64,000 nucleotides of DNA from Phyllosticta citribraziliensis (GCF_038025025.1 NW_027117342.1:930001-994000), one strand, 5' to 3'; counted from the stretch's first letter, positions 12,042 through 25,567 are shown. Numbers and translations: made by a program. Notes: generated by a model not told the origin, from the sequence alone.

Positions 12042-15000
12042 TTTTTGCAAGGGATATTCGTTCATCAAGCAATCGTGCAAGGAGCAGTCGTGTTGATAGG
12101 CAATATAATTTAGAATTTTTGGCTCTGGTCTCTAAAGGCTATTCCCAATAGAAAGCTCACGTGATGTACATGATTGAAAAGCAAGATTCTCCGGTAGCGG
12201 AGACCAGAAGACTCGAGTTCATTATTTCGAACAAGTTCTTAGCTAAAGAATAGGAGTCAAGTTGATGTGATCAATTAGCTGTGGTCCACTTTGGTCTGGC
12301 ACAGTAAATTATGAAGAGTGTTTAGTCCGCTTCGGCAAGACTCGTCTGGGGTATGGTAGAGAAGTCGACTGAACTCATTCCCGAAGCAAGGTTCCAACAC
12401 GATCTCCATACGCGTCCCCAAAGCTCACGTACATGGAAAAGAGGCGCAAAATCAGTACTACTCCTATGCAGATGGGTTCCGATGTCTCAGTCAAACCGGC
12501 CAAACTCTCCGACCCGCACAGTTTCAACATTTTCGTCTGCTCCAGTCAAGACACTGAACCGCGGAAGGTCAGCCTTTAGGAAACAGCACATGCATGGCCT
12601 ACACAGCACGAGAAAGCAACCGCCCAGTGGTCGAGTTTGTGGCAAAATCACGCATGTGCTGCACTAGAGGTCTTGCGATGGACATCCTGGCACCCATGGC
12701 TTGTAACCTTTCGCGCGTACGCAGTGTCCTCCCCGCTGGCGATGCGTAAACCATGGAGTTCGGTGGCCACGTCGAGCCCGAAGACGACGGGAAGCGCATC
12801 TGCCAACTATCCGAGAGCGCACGCATGTTTGGTTTGTAATCGTAATGCAGACGCGACAGGGCAGCAATGAGAACATTCGTCGGCCAGTCGCGCTCTGCAA
12901 GTTTCACGACAAAACTTTCCGTTCCGGTTCTTGAGACAGCGAACTTCGAGGTGACGAAGCAGAACCCGCGGAGTGCCGATCTATTGGCGCGGAGACTCCG
13001 AGTCGTTTGCAATCCGGCACAAGTGATTGACAGATGACGGTGCTGTGATTTCGTAAGGCATGCCACATAAATTTGTTGCTCTGTAGGCATGCAGTGAGTG
13101 CCTAGCTGCCTGAGCTGTCCGTACTCTCCGAGGAGCGATGTTTCCGGCCCAGACGCCAGCCTCCTAGCTGCAGGAATTTTGGAAGAGGCGAAAAACGTCA
13201 AGGTTAGTCGCAGTCGACCCGACGCTGCCCTACAAACGACTGCAGTCAGTGTTAGCCTCACCAGCGGCTCTACATGCGCGTCATTCGCTGCAGCAGCGTC
13301 TACCCCTGCCCTTCGACGCTCATACCCGATATGACCGAGCCACTTGCTCCCATGTACCCTGCCAAGCAACAGCCAAGCAAAGCCAAGCTGAAGTGCTTAA
13401 TCCAACTTCAGCGGCGTTGCCTGCCATTGCCAGCCACAACCCGCGGATGCACCCGCGGACCATGGATCATGGACCCGTTTGGCCCAGCCGGCCGCTGTGG
13501 TTGACAAACATCCGCTCAGCCACTCGAGCCATCATCCATGATCCATGTTCGGGGGCAGTAACAACGTCTGTGAAAGCAACAACGGATCGTTGGACGACCC
13601 GGACTCTCGAGATGACAAACGCACGTTGAGCTCTTGACCATAACCTTGCGCCCCAGTCCGTGGATGTGCCGCGGATATGGTCCGCGGCTCCCGGTCCTAT
13701 CCGCAGGCTTAGGCCAGTACTGCAATGGCTAAGCATCAATTGGCAGGATATTGTCATTGAAGTGTGTTCAGAATGCCAGCGCACACATGCCCCCAAGCCT
13801 CTGAAAAGCGTCTTGATCGAGTAGGCAGAAGCGAGAGATACGTGTGAAGTTGATCAGCGCGGCGCTGGTCAATAGTCGATGACAACAGATATCTTTGGGC
13901 TGTGTCTCTCCGGGCGGCCCATCCACGACGACCATCCCATGCTTTGCGGCTCCGGATGCCACACTGAAATCGCCGGGTTGATCAGAGGCAAGCATGATGT
14001 CACATCCACTCCAGCTTGCGTCACGCTTCGCTTCTTCGAACTGGTGCCAAGAGCTGCATTCTAGCCATTGGACCGCGCTGCCGCGTCGCTCGGGGCCGGC
14101 AAATGCTGTTTTATTTATTCGAATGCCGAAGTAACGGACCCACGGAACACAGGCATGACAAGGCGAAGAGCCAAGTGATGCGCATCCGCAAGTTGTGTCG
14201 ACAGGCGCTTTGTGAGCATGAACAAGGAAAACCCAGGCTTTGATTTGGGATCAGGCAAGGATCCGTGGCGCTTTTGGTGCAAGGAATTCGGCATCCAGAA
14301 GACAGCAGGAGCGAAAATTTGCGCATTGCTCTTTACACAAGAGAATGCGCACGAGAAGCATCATGCTTGAAGAGACTCTCTGCATGACCACTGGGTTCTT
14401 TGTCAGTCACATTAAGATATCGCGAATGGTCGAATACCTTGTGTTGAATGGTGACTTGAGCGACTGGTCACGAGTGGCTTGAACCCGATGATGAGCTTCA
14501 GGATCTCCTCGTATTCATCCCTTCAGCCACAGGCAAAGCTGACAGCTCTAGCAACGGGAGTTTCAGCATGGTGGATTTTCCTCCTTTTGTTTCTTGGGCG
14601 CTGGCTAGAAGAGTTTCGATTGCGGAGTGAACCTTGGTCATGAGCAAGGTATCTTGAGCATCTCGGCCGGGAACGAATCTGGGAGTTAAGAGTTTGTGCC
14701 GTCCCGAGCACATGTTAATATGAAATACCGTCATGATTTCCACGGGTTCAGAGGATAGTATCAAGAGTGAAATATCTAGGTTTGTCGAAACACAGTTTGT
14801 CGCCTAGGAACCAATCTCTTGACGGCAATGTTGCCGAACCGGTTTTGGTGAATATCATCCGTAGGAACACGCTGCCGTCGGTCGGGCACCAGGTGTTCGG
14901 GAGTAGATCTAGATCTCGAGGGTTGGCGTATGTTCGAAATCGGCAACGAGCTGGGAATCACAAAACACCGAGTCAAGCATCCAGATGGAAATGGTTAGCA

Positions 15001-17919
15001 ACTTGCTCTTGACGACCTAGTAGCAGGACTAAATGGGACGGTCGTATATGAGCCGAGCGGAGGGGCCGTTCCAAGTTTAGTGACATGTTGGAAAAAAAAG
15101 ACCAAAAGATGTCATGCATTAGGGCTGCGCCTGAGGACTCCTTAGCGGGCTCTCCGATTGGCCCAGACTTTAGAGTGGTGCAAGATGGTCTCCAGCGGTG
15201 GCAGCGGAAAATCTGCCCTCGAGAAACACAGAGGAGCAACAAGACCATTACACCCTCACGTCAGCGAGCGGATGCAACGAATTTGGCCTTGTTGTCCTTT
15301 CCTTGCAATGATCGAACCACCAGTGAGCATTGCTATTGATGAAGGGGGCTGTACAATTACTGACACTGAGTGGGGGCCTGTAGTACGGACGGCCATCATG
15401 CAGTACAGAAGATTTTTACCTGCAAGGACAGCCGTCGTTTCGCCAAGAGTAGGAGGCGGGGCTACCTGATTGCGGGAATCCTTTGTTCCTGGGCTCATTC
15501 GTGAATAGGAATACCTCCAAGAACTCATGGCGGACAGAGACCCAAGCCTGCAATTTGCTTTGCGAGCTATTTTACGAGCCTCCGTCCGGTAAGACAGAGG
15601 AAACAACAGGACTGCTCGTGATTCTAGGCAAGTAGATCGCCAGGTCGTAGGAAAAATCAGTTACGATGCCGCGTTGGGATGGTGCTGAAAGGTAAAAGCC
15701 GTCGGATATACTCGTGCACTCTGATCTTTCGTAAATCCTATCCATGCCGCTCGTGACAGGAGCTTGATTAAGCAGGACTTTGGCTTCTCAAGAGGCAACT
15801 GATGATGGAACGTGTCGAGACGGTCGATTTTATGAACTGCTGGTCGATAATTTTGTGCTATGGTGTTTTGACGTCGTCAGTCAGAATTGATCTGAGTGAT
15901 CATGGCTGCGGTATAGACAGGGATCAAGGAAATGGCACGTTGACTGTGACAGGGAAGATCTCTGCGGTTCCCGTCTCACTGAGCCCCTCACGTTGTGGAG
16001 TAACCTGCTGGGATGAAATGTCAGTGGCCAAGAGTGGCTCAGGATTGACAGCGCCTTTGCAGTCGCAACCAAGGGGGACGGTTGCAAAATGATAGGTCTT
16101 GGCAAACGCATCCACCCAGATTTGGTAAATGAAGGCGAGTGCGGTTCTTTGCAAATGTCAAGGACCGAGCTCCAGCTTTGAAACCGACGAAAAATGCAGA
16201 GTCCACATCGGATTTCACCGGAGGCGTAGTTGCCAGGGAAAACCGCCGCGTTTCCAGCGCTTGAAGAACGCCACGGGCGTGAGTAATTGCCCGACGCTGA
16301 ATGTACAGCGTACGGTTGGGACAAGTGACAACAGATGCTGAGCCGACAACGAACGTTTATCAGACAATTGCCACGAGATGTCGGGTCGAGAAGCCAATCA
16401 ATTGGACCATTTGATGATGACAAGAGAGACTGTTATCGAGTGAGATGGATGAAATTGACATGGGCAAGCGAGCCGCTAAAAATGGCACGTAAAATGGACC
16501 TCCGGAGCAGTTGGCGACACCCAGTTGGTTCGTGGCGACGGCATTACTTGCAGCAAGCATGGTAGGCTTCAACCCTGGTGCCGGCTACTCGGCCGATCTG
16601 AAAATGGAAAGGTGCCGAGACCTTGGTGCTTGGGGCTGACTTTTGGAGAGCTTGAGACAGAATTGAGAGAGAATATCAACGATATCGGGTGTGAGACTGG
16701 TCAGGGGCCCCCTTTCGGTAGGGCGGAAGGCTAGCAGACGGAGGTTTTGGAGCGGCGCCATTGAAAGGGGGGCAAGGCGAAGGACGCAGGAAGGGCCGGT
16801 TAAGGCGGCGATGACATCCCAAGAAATCGGCCGAGAGCAGCGAAGAAGCAGCCGGCGCGGCTGTCAAGGGTAGCGTGCAAAAACGGCGTGGGCGCGTGGA
16901 TGGGGACCTGGATGTCGAGTGAGAGGTGAGTGAGGTTGGCGGAAGCGCAAGCCTCCGGACCGCCCGCGTCGGCTCTCCGCAACGCGCTAGCCGCTTCGGG
17001 ACTACGCCCCAGCCGACCCAACAACGTCACGGCATCCAAGCACTGCACCGTCGACTACCACAACATCCTCCTCGAGTCGCTCTGGTCATCTCCATCCTGG
17101 TTGCCACCCCCATGATGAAGCCACCACGAACCGGATGCTGCAGCTCCCCCGGTCTGCTGCCTTGCGTCACTCCCACCAAGGGCCCTCTTGGCCGGCGTGC
17201 CCGGCGCCCTGCTGCGGTTCTCCCGGCCACGCCCTCTGCCCTACTGTGTTTGCCCTGGACGACTGACGTTCGCAAATCCCCCTGTTGAAACAATTTTCTG
17301 TGCACCGTCAGGCCTGACTGCCTGCTTCCTGCCGCGCGCTGGTCTGGTGAGAATTTGATGGGACCCGCTTCCCCACCCAATCGATACTAGGTGACGATCC
17401 TCTTGCCATGATGCCTTCGATGTCTTCTGGCCTCGCCGGACTTTGCCTTCGGCGCGCGGGGCGGAGCACTTGCTCCAAGTTGTCATCACCAGCATGCCGG
17501 CGCTTACCTCTCCTGGTTCGCTCGCGTTGCTCGCCACGGAGCGTCTGCCCCAAATTGGTGAGGTGAGACCTTGACCAGACGGGTGCACAAAATTGGACCT
17601 GCGCCACACGTGTGGTCAGAAGGACTGATGGAGTGATGGCGGGAATGTCCCGTATATTTGGGAGACCCCGAAAGTCCGGACCGGACCGTGCACTTGGTTT
17701 CGATATATCTGCTTGCTTTCTAGCGGTTTTTTCGTCTCAAGTGGTATATACCCTGACCCTGCTGTCCTTCCTGCTACTGCAAGAGGGTATTCCTGATTCC
17801 AAACTCCCTGTGTATCTGTTTAGATACCTGTCCTTGTTTCCTCCCCTCCAGTTCATAAAGTCCTCCCCTTGCGAGGCTCCACGCCCGCTGAGGCTCAGCG
17901 CCTGCTTCCAACTTTCAAA

Positions 17920-19889
17920 ATGGCCGCCCTCACTCTTCTCACGATAATTGCTCTTGTAACATTAGGGTATTTCATCAAGAAGGCCCTCTCTCCTGCTCCG
18001 CCCAAGATACCCAAAGGACTGAAGCAACTCCCTGGCCCCAAAGGTATTTTGTACCATGCTTTGAGGTTAAAAGCAGCTGCTAATGTACCCTGTATAGGCT
18101 ACCCCATCCTGGGTTCGGTGCCAGATGTGCCTCAACAGAACAGCCACATCAAGTTTGCCGAATGGGGAAAGGAATACGGCCCCATTTACCAATGTGATCT
18201 CGCTGGTAGCAACCACGTCTGGATCTCTTCGGATGCTGTCGCCAGGGACCTTCTTTCCAAGAAGGGAGCCATCTATTCGGATCGTCCGCACATCCCCGCC
18301 CTTCTTCACGACAACAGGACCAGCGCTGAATACCTCCCCCTGATGAGCAAGAATCGTACGTATCGATCGAGGCAATATCTGATGTTTCGCTGATTTCTTT
18401 TAGCCCACTGGACCCGTCAGCGCAAGGTTGCTACGCACATCATGCGTGAATCGCAGAACAGCCAATTCTATCGTTATCCCGAGCTTGAATCCATCCGTCT
18501 TCTCAAGGAACTCATCGACGAGCCGCTCAAGTATAATCACGCTTTGGAATCCTTCGTGTCCCGTGTCACGTGCCGTCTGGCTTGGGGTCACAGTGAAGCT
18601 AGCGATGAGCTTAAGCAACGCGCCCGCGAGCTCCTCATTTCCGTGTCTCCTACTGGTCATCTTGGAAACAAGCTTCCCTTCATCATGAGCTTGCCCGACT
18701 GGCTCTCGCCCGCCAAGGCTTGGGAAAAGAAGCGTCAACGCACCGAACGTCGCTGGTTCGAGCTCATGCAGTCCCAGGTTGAAAAGGACATGGCCGAGAA
18801 GCGTGCTTCTCCTTCGTGGATGCGCACCCTGAAAGAGACCTGGGACAAGTGGGGATTCACTTACGATTTGGAGGCCGCTTTCTGCGTCGGTATGCACGGA
18901 ATCGCCGGTGCCTTGACCATTGCCGCTCCCATGCAGAGCTTCTGTCTCGCCATGTGCCATTACCCTCAGTATCTGCCCATTCTCCAAGAAGAGTTGGACC
19001 GCGTCTGCGGAGATCGTCTGCCTACGGCTGAAGATAGGCCCAATCTTCCGGTTCTTCGTGCCTTCATTCGCGAGACTCTCCGTTGGCGCCCGCCCGTTCC
19101 CACTGGCATCCCCCACTTCCTCATCCAAGATGACGAATACAACGGCTATCACATCCCCGCCGGCAGCGTCATGCATCCTCTTGAGTGGTAAGTCCTCGCC
19201 TTGAATTTGCACGCGGAATGGCGGTTAACCATGGTTACAGGGCCATTGCTCGTGATCCTGAACTTTTCCCTGACCCAGATGCGTTCAACCCTCTCCGCTG
19301 GCTCGAGCCTGAGTATCCCACGTATCGCGAGCCCTTGACCGAGTTCCCGAACATCACCAACATTACGCAATTCGGCTACGGTCGTCGCTTGTGCCAGGGC
19401 CAGGCAGTTGCCGACGAAGATCTTCTGATCGGAATCGGCGCTGTCGCTTGGTTGTTCGACATGAAGAAGGTCGGCGTCGAGGCGCCTTCAAGCGGAATCT
19501 ACTCGAACAAGGAGGCCACGATTAGCGAGGAAGAGATCAGGACGCCTAGCCAACACGACAGTGTCATGGACTCTGATGACGAGAAGCCTGAGAGTAAGAC
19601 TAAGCTGGCCCCTGGCCTCCTCCAAGAAAAGTTGGAAGAGCAGCAGCGCCTTCAGAAGGAACAAATCAAGGCAGAGAAGAAGAAAGTGGACCCGACGTTG
19701 GACTACAGTCACCTGCTCATCGCCAAGCCCCTTCCCTTCAAGTTCGACCTCACGATACGTGGCAACATGAGCCATCGAGCCCAATTAGTAGAAAAGCTTT
19801 TCCAGGAGAAGAGGGAGGAGGGCGAGTTCACTGACGGCAAGAACTACTGGGGCGACAACTCGGGCAAATTTGGCTGGGTCAAGGTCTAA
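17920..19889 (+). CDS. Cytochrome P450 monooxygenase; exons 17920-18043, 18098-18355, 18404-19187, 19241-19889
   Basis: N-terminal TM anchor, LPGPKGYPILG hinge, IYSDRP, I-helix AGALTI, ExxR (ETLR), heme motif FGYGRRLCQG; three canonical introns. Confidence 0.96.
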
Positions 19890-21791
19890 AACCCAGACAG
19901 ACGTTGTCGTTTCAACCTTCAATTTTGTTCTTCTTGGATGATATCCAGATTGCATTGCGCCTTGGAATCGGGTTGGATGGGAAGGCTCTTCGCCAGCCAC
20001 CCCTCGAATGTACAGAGCAGAGCATGGGCGTTGCCGGTTGCGAGGGATTTGCGTCTGTTCCTAGGGGATATCCAGGTCTGTTTTTTCATTTGGCTACTAT
20101 TACCCCTTACCTCTCGGGAGATTTCATTAGAACGATTAAACGGTCATCCGTGTGGAGAACATTCTATTCATCACGCTCCCTTGACTGTGGAAGCTAGTAT
20201 AATCCATGTACTTAATCCACCACAACCTTCCTTTCTCCACATCTAGTTTCACAAGAGACAATATCGACTCGATGCTGGGATTTCTCCGACGCTCTGGTTC
20301 ATGATTACACGGCGGGACGGGTGCGGCAACAGAGCACAACAAGGTACGATCTCTTGTACGAGGCAGTACTGCGAGAAATATTGTTCCTCGTAAAGGGACT
20401 CACGCTTATGGTTTCAAAGAAAGATGCATGATCTTGAAGTTTTCGTCACTCGCGCCGTCTGCAACGTACCGCCTACCGATGCACCAACTCCACGATATTT
20501 GCCCCATCCCATAGAACATGCAGATCGACTCTGCAAGGCCTTCACCTCGGAAGTGCCCTCGATCAAATTCTGCGTTCAAGCCGGAAATCGAAGCGCGCCA
20601 TTCGCAAAACAAATTCATCTTACGATCAGATCCGCACATGGGATTCGACCTAAGCAAGTGCTTGACATCATGAGTGATACATCCAGTAAGACCACTCTCA
20701 GTCGTCGAAATTGCTCTTACTCACTCGCCACGTTGGCGAATTCAAGCGCTTAAAGCTTCGAACTCCACCGGGGCAATTTCAAGGAATTAATCTATCACTT
20801 TTGATGCGCGCCCCCAGTGCCCAGCCGAATTGCAGCAAATGAAAACAAAGCTCGGGAGGAAGATTTGCGATTATCGCAGCCTTGTCAAACACAACGCGGT
20901 GGGCAGCTAGACGAGCCCGCAGGAGATCAGCGCGCGCCTCTTGCATGCCGACGCAAGCCATTCAGTATTCTGCGGCTTCGCGTAACACACCGGCACAACC
21001 AATAGAGAGCGAAGCCGCCTCATGACATGGCCATGAAAAATGGGCTTGCATTTGCTGACCATCATCATCGCGCCCGCTTGCCTGCTATAAGATACCTCCT
21101 GCTGCCCAGCATGCCATGACGTCCAGCCGTCTTTGCCTTCGGATTTAGAAGTCGTTGCGTTCATCGGCATTGCTTGTGTTTCGTTCACTCGTCGAGCCCG
21201 TGCCACCTGAAGGCTATGCATGGCTCAGCTGTCGGCACGTCATGACGCAAGCAAGCGCGAATGTCTCTCTTAGACGGGCGCGCACATCTTGTCTCACGGG
21301 GCAGTGTGCCAGCCTGCCTGCTTGATGCCCACGCGCCCGCTGCTCGTCGGCAGCGAGGGTGTCTCCTCCCACCATCTGTGTTCTCGGTATCAGTTCAGCT
21401 CCTTGCTAATGGAACTAATGTGGTGAACCTTGCTGTCAGACTGGTAAGCTGGGCCTCTGAGTAACCGGTGACAATCGGAACCCGACGGGTGTCAGGCCAG
21501 TAATAACTGTGGAGCTACGTGTTACCAAATGAGGAGCTTCCAGAGTGGACGTCTGGAGCTGAGTATGGTGCTGGTGGTGTAAGCAGTTGCCTAAGTGGAA
21601 GACGAAGATGTTTGAATTTAATCCGTACGACCATCAGCGGAGGCATCTTGCGAGCTCTCGTTTCTGAATCAACACATCTCAACGAAGCGATTTTGGGAGT
21701 CGGAAGGATTCGTGTTTGTTGGTCGTCTATATTTGGAGGGGCTTCCCGACCCGAAAAGATGACGCTCTGTCTGCTCCGTCAAAAATCCACG

Positions 21792-23075
21792 TCACTTCTC
21801 GTTTGATCGTCTAGCTTCGTCCTGTTGTGGAGGAGCTCTTGTGGCATTCAGCTCCTTCCTCATGGCCTCCATCCTACACATCCAATCGTCAATGCGCTGG
21901 CGGTCGGGGTTCTTCCAGAGCTCCTCCTGCACCGTCAAGCTCTCACCAAGCCCCACGTCCTCAAGGAAATCTAGTGTACCTCTGTCACTTGTAACCTGTG
22001 AGAAGGAGCGCGAGCTTGGTTCGGTCTTGTCCATCCACGCCTCGATGTCCTGTCGGTCGACCGCCCTGATCCAGAGCGTCTCTTGCGCTACCGAATAGCC
22101 GTCATCGGGATCATCAATGAATCGCGATCTCTGGTCTTCTCCAGGTAAGAGACCACCGTGTTGCTTCCATTCAAGCTTGGCCGCGTCGAGCTCCGCGTGC
22201 GCATCGATTAGTTGTCTGGTAAGCTGTTGTCCACGAACTAGGGTTTGGAGGTCATGTTCAGTCGAAGTCGTCGACGGCGCTGGGACTTCAGTTTCCACGT
22301 CGTATCTGTGCTTCTTGAATAATTGCTCGATCATCCGTGCCTTTGTCTGACTTGCTGTCATCTGGTGGACAAGTCTTGACATCATTGCGTCGTGTTCTTG
22401 AATGCTGGCTTCTGGTGGATAGATGAAGCGAAGCGACTTCTGGGACTCGCGACCGACAAGAATGCTCTGCTCCTTTGGAGATTGCGAGGTGACTCTGGTC
22501 GCTTCTGTCTGCTCCCCAAAATCACTCGTGGAAGACCTCTCCGAGTCACATCGCTCATCTGCCCCTGGCAGCAACTTGTTGCGAACAAACACTTCCTCCA
22601 AGGTGTCGTCGACTAGTCTCTGGTATCTGGCTTGCCGTTGAGCCGTAGAAATGATGAATCGATCCAAGCTGTTGATGTCGTCCAGATACCCCTGACGCTG
22701 TTCGACCATGCCAGCAAGGTCTTCCTGCAGCTCCCCAAAGTCTGCATTTGGGTAGTTGCCTGGGTCAGACAGTACCATTTCATGCTCCTCAATGTACGCG
22801 TTGAGGTCTTCCAACTCCTGCTGCAGCCATGTCTTCCGCCTTTCCATCTCTTGCTCCAGTTTCTGCACCTTCCTCCGCACAAGAAGTGCTTTTCGAATGT
22901 TTCCAGAAAGGGCCTTGGTCATCAAAAGTGCTGGCTGCGCGTGGTTGAGTTCATTTTGGACCAGCACTATGTCAGATGTTCTATCGTAGAGGTATGGTGT
23001 GCCTTCAGGATGAAGTGTTTGATTGGAACTCATCTTCCACAAAGAAGGTTGTTCCTTGTCCGCATTCAGGGGCAT
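21792..23075 (-). CDS. Hypothetical coiled-coil protein (427 aa, single exon)
   Basis: Long ATG-initiated ORF with E/Q/L-rich helical segments and a GQQLTRQLI...DQRSRFIDDPDDGY motif; no function recognised. Confidence 0.75.
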   Translation of the reverse strand: MPLNADKEQPSLWKMSSNQTLHPEGTPYLYDRTSDIVLVQNELNHAQPALLMTKALSGNIRKALLVRRKVQKLEQEMERRKTWLQQELEDLNAYIEEHEMVLSDPGNYPNADFGELQEDLAGMVEQRQGYLDDINSLDRFIISTAQRQARYQRLVDDTLEEVFVRNKLLPGADERCDSERSSTSDFGEQTEATRVTSQSPKEQSILVGRESQKSLRFIYPPEASIQEHDAMMSRLVHQMTASQTKARMIEQLFKKHRYDVETEVPAPSTTSTEHDLQTLVRGQQLTRQLIDAHAELDAAKLEWKQHGGLLPGEDQRSRFIDDPDDGYSVAQETLWIRAVDRQDIEAWMDKTEPSSRSFSQVTSDRGTLDFLEDVGLGESLTVQEELWKNPDRQRIDDWMCRMEAMRKELNATRAPPQQDEARRSNEK

Positions 23076-24499
23076 TTTTGGATTTCCCTGGCTACTGCTA
23101 CAAAGGTTATTTCCTGGTTTGTACCTGCATCGAATGGTATCTTACTCTGTAATTAGTTCAACAAAGATTTGAACTGTGCACGAGAACTCGGGTTGGTGGA
23201 GATGTTGGAATCAGGGACACTGAGGGAATGGGCTTGCCATGAGGAGCAGCGTGTCGCTTCTTGGCGCATCTCAAGTGTACAAATCACCTTGGGTTAATGC
23301 TGAACTGATTCTGTTTTAATTCTTTGTCTCAGTCTGCAAATTCCTTTTCTTTGTGTAGACAACGCCTTATCCGCAGACCGCAACCGCGCCCCCAAAAGCA
23401 AAGCACTCCCTTCCAAAGCACTATCTCCAAATAAGTTCCTTTTCGCCTCCATTCTCTCTACAGCAGCTTTCATCTGCAGGTTCCTGCACATACACCTTTG
23501 CTCATATGACCCAAGTAGCTTCACAACTCATGTCCTGATGCCACTGAAAGCTGCCGCCTCCTGTCTCAGCGCATGAACCGAAATCGTCGCTCAGATTCTC
23601 CACGCATCTTGTTTTTCAGCTAAGATTGCGTGTGATCGGCACCACTGATCCAAATCTAGCAGACTCTCGAAGAATAGTGGCCGGATGATTTCTTGGAAAA
23701 TGCCATGGGACTACATCTGCCATGATACATTCCCTCGGACGTCCTGATAGACCCAAATCCATATGCTGCCTCCCCGTTCAATTCAACGACAAAGAAGGGT
23801 GGTTTTGCTTTGAAGCTGTCAATAAAAAAGCGAGCTCACAAAATTGAAAGGTGGTTTGAGAGCTTTGAGCGGACAAAGAGCCGCATTTGGATGAAAGAAC
23901 TCACACTTAGTAGGCCTACGTAAGGTCATTGTTGAATTGTGATGATTCACAACAGTCCCTTGGGGTATCTCGAGAATGAATTTGTCACTCTGTCTCGACC
24001 CTTCATGAGAGCTTCTTCCGGACTCGGCCGTGAAGGAAGGCGCCCAAAACTTTTTGATGTGCCCTTTTGGACATCTGCCCCAGATCCCCCTTTCTAACTT
24101 TATTCACAGCCGTCACGCCCACAAATACGCAACTAGACGATCAAAGTTGCAATCTCAAGAGCTCTGAATAGATCCTCGAAAGGAGGAGTCGGATGTCGAA
24201 GAGAAATTGGGGCAGTCGTCAGCCTAGAGAGACACAAAGAAAGCACATGCGGCCTGCCAAAAAGGTTGTCGACTTTGTTGTCAACGATCTCCTGGATAAA
24301 GAGCTTGACATTTTGAAAGGCCAGAGCGTCTTGTCACTCTTTGACACTTTGAACATGGTTTTTGGACAATGGTAACTTGTGGAAGGATAAGTTCCAGACG
24401 AATTCCACCCTGATCTGCTACTCATACTCCCTCAAACAATCAAACTCGCTCAAAAATACTTACAAAGTCAGCAAAAATACCTTTTCAAGAGAATTCAGA

Positions 24500-24794
24500 A
24501 TGTTCTCGCACAACATGTACAGCGTAACTGGGGACGAAATGGACATCGAACCGTCTTCCGCCGACTCGTCACCGGGCGATACAACAACCACAAAATCGGG
24601 AAGGCAAATTAATCCACCCAAGCGCTATGCAGATGAGACATTTCCCACAAAGGGGTCGCCTGAGCAGCCCACAAGCACCCCGAAGGTTTCGCCCAAGCGT
24701 TCAGCTGAGGAAGAGCTGGAGAGCCCGGACTCGGGAAAGAAATCGAAACTCAACACAGGAGAAGGCCAAAGCCGAACGCCGTTTGCACAACACC

Positions 24795-24825
<31 letters not shown>

Positions 24826-25567
24826 GCCGCGTTATCAATTTAGAGAGAGAGGTGGGCCCTCTGGAAACAACGGAGGAAAGAATAGCTACGGTTTCGTAGG
24901 CGTACCAGGCAGGGGTTCAAACGAAGGGTCGTGGCGGCCTGACAGCAACAAGGACGAGACGAATAAAGGCAACGAGAAGCCTATGACTGCCCAGACCAGC
25001 CAAGCAGCGCGCCAGCAGAGACCAGAGATCAAAGGTGGAATGATTATCCATGGACGTCACTACTCGAAGTATTTGCGTCAACACAGACCAGCACCGAGCG
25101 TAGAGGAGCAGAAACACATTACACAGATTACCGATGGATCAGGGGAAGAAGTGTACTGCAAGAAACGATACCACATCGTGCTCCGGACGCAGAGTAATCA
25201 CATCATCACGGTACCCCTCTACAGCAAGAAGGCAGGGCTCATGACCCAGGATCCCGTACTACTGCACGAGTATCTTCAAGTCGTTAAGAAAGGCTATAAT
25301 GGTACCGTACGGAACCCGACACATAATAACGAGGTGGTGCTCCGAGTGCAAAGTATTTATGGACACTGGGTAAGCAGCTTTCTAGAAAACGGTCACCCGG
25401 TGTCCTGGGCCCACTTTCTGGAACCTCACTCAGTCCATAAGAAGGAGGATTTGCAAGTGGTCGGGGAACTTGAACCGGACAGCTATAACCAGCTGATGAA
25501 TCTTTTCTCGACTTATTTCAGCGCGAACCCGCTTCCGGTGCAGGCTCAGACGTTCGGCAACCCGTGA
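24500..25567 (+). CDS. Hypothetical protein: disordered N-terminus with polyQ, C-terminal DUF6590/PemK-like domain (tentative)
   Basis: Open frame from ATG 24500 (MFSHNMYSV) to TGA 25567; globular-looking C-terminal region KKRYHIVL..IITVPLYS..SWAHFLEPHSV..VVGEL. Start uncertain. Confidence 0.7.
24794..24826 (+). repeat. (CAA)10 CAG coding microsatellite (polyQ)
   Basis: Direct reading; encodes Q11. Confidence 0.95.

Noticed and set aside
24193..24375. 60-aa ORF upstream of the polyQ gene as a 5' exon or uORF
   Set aside because: A possible donor (GTAACT) exists but I found no convincing branch site and acceptor that join it in frame.
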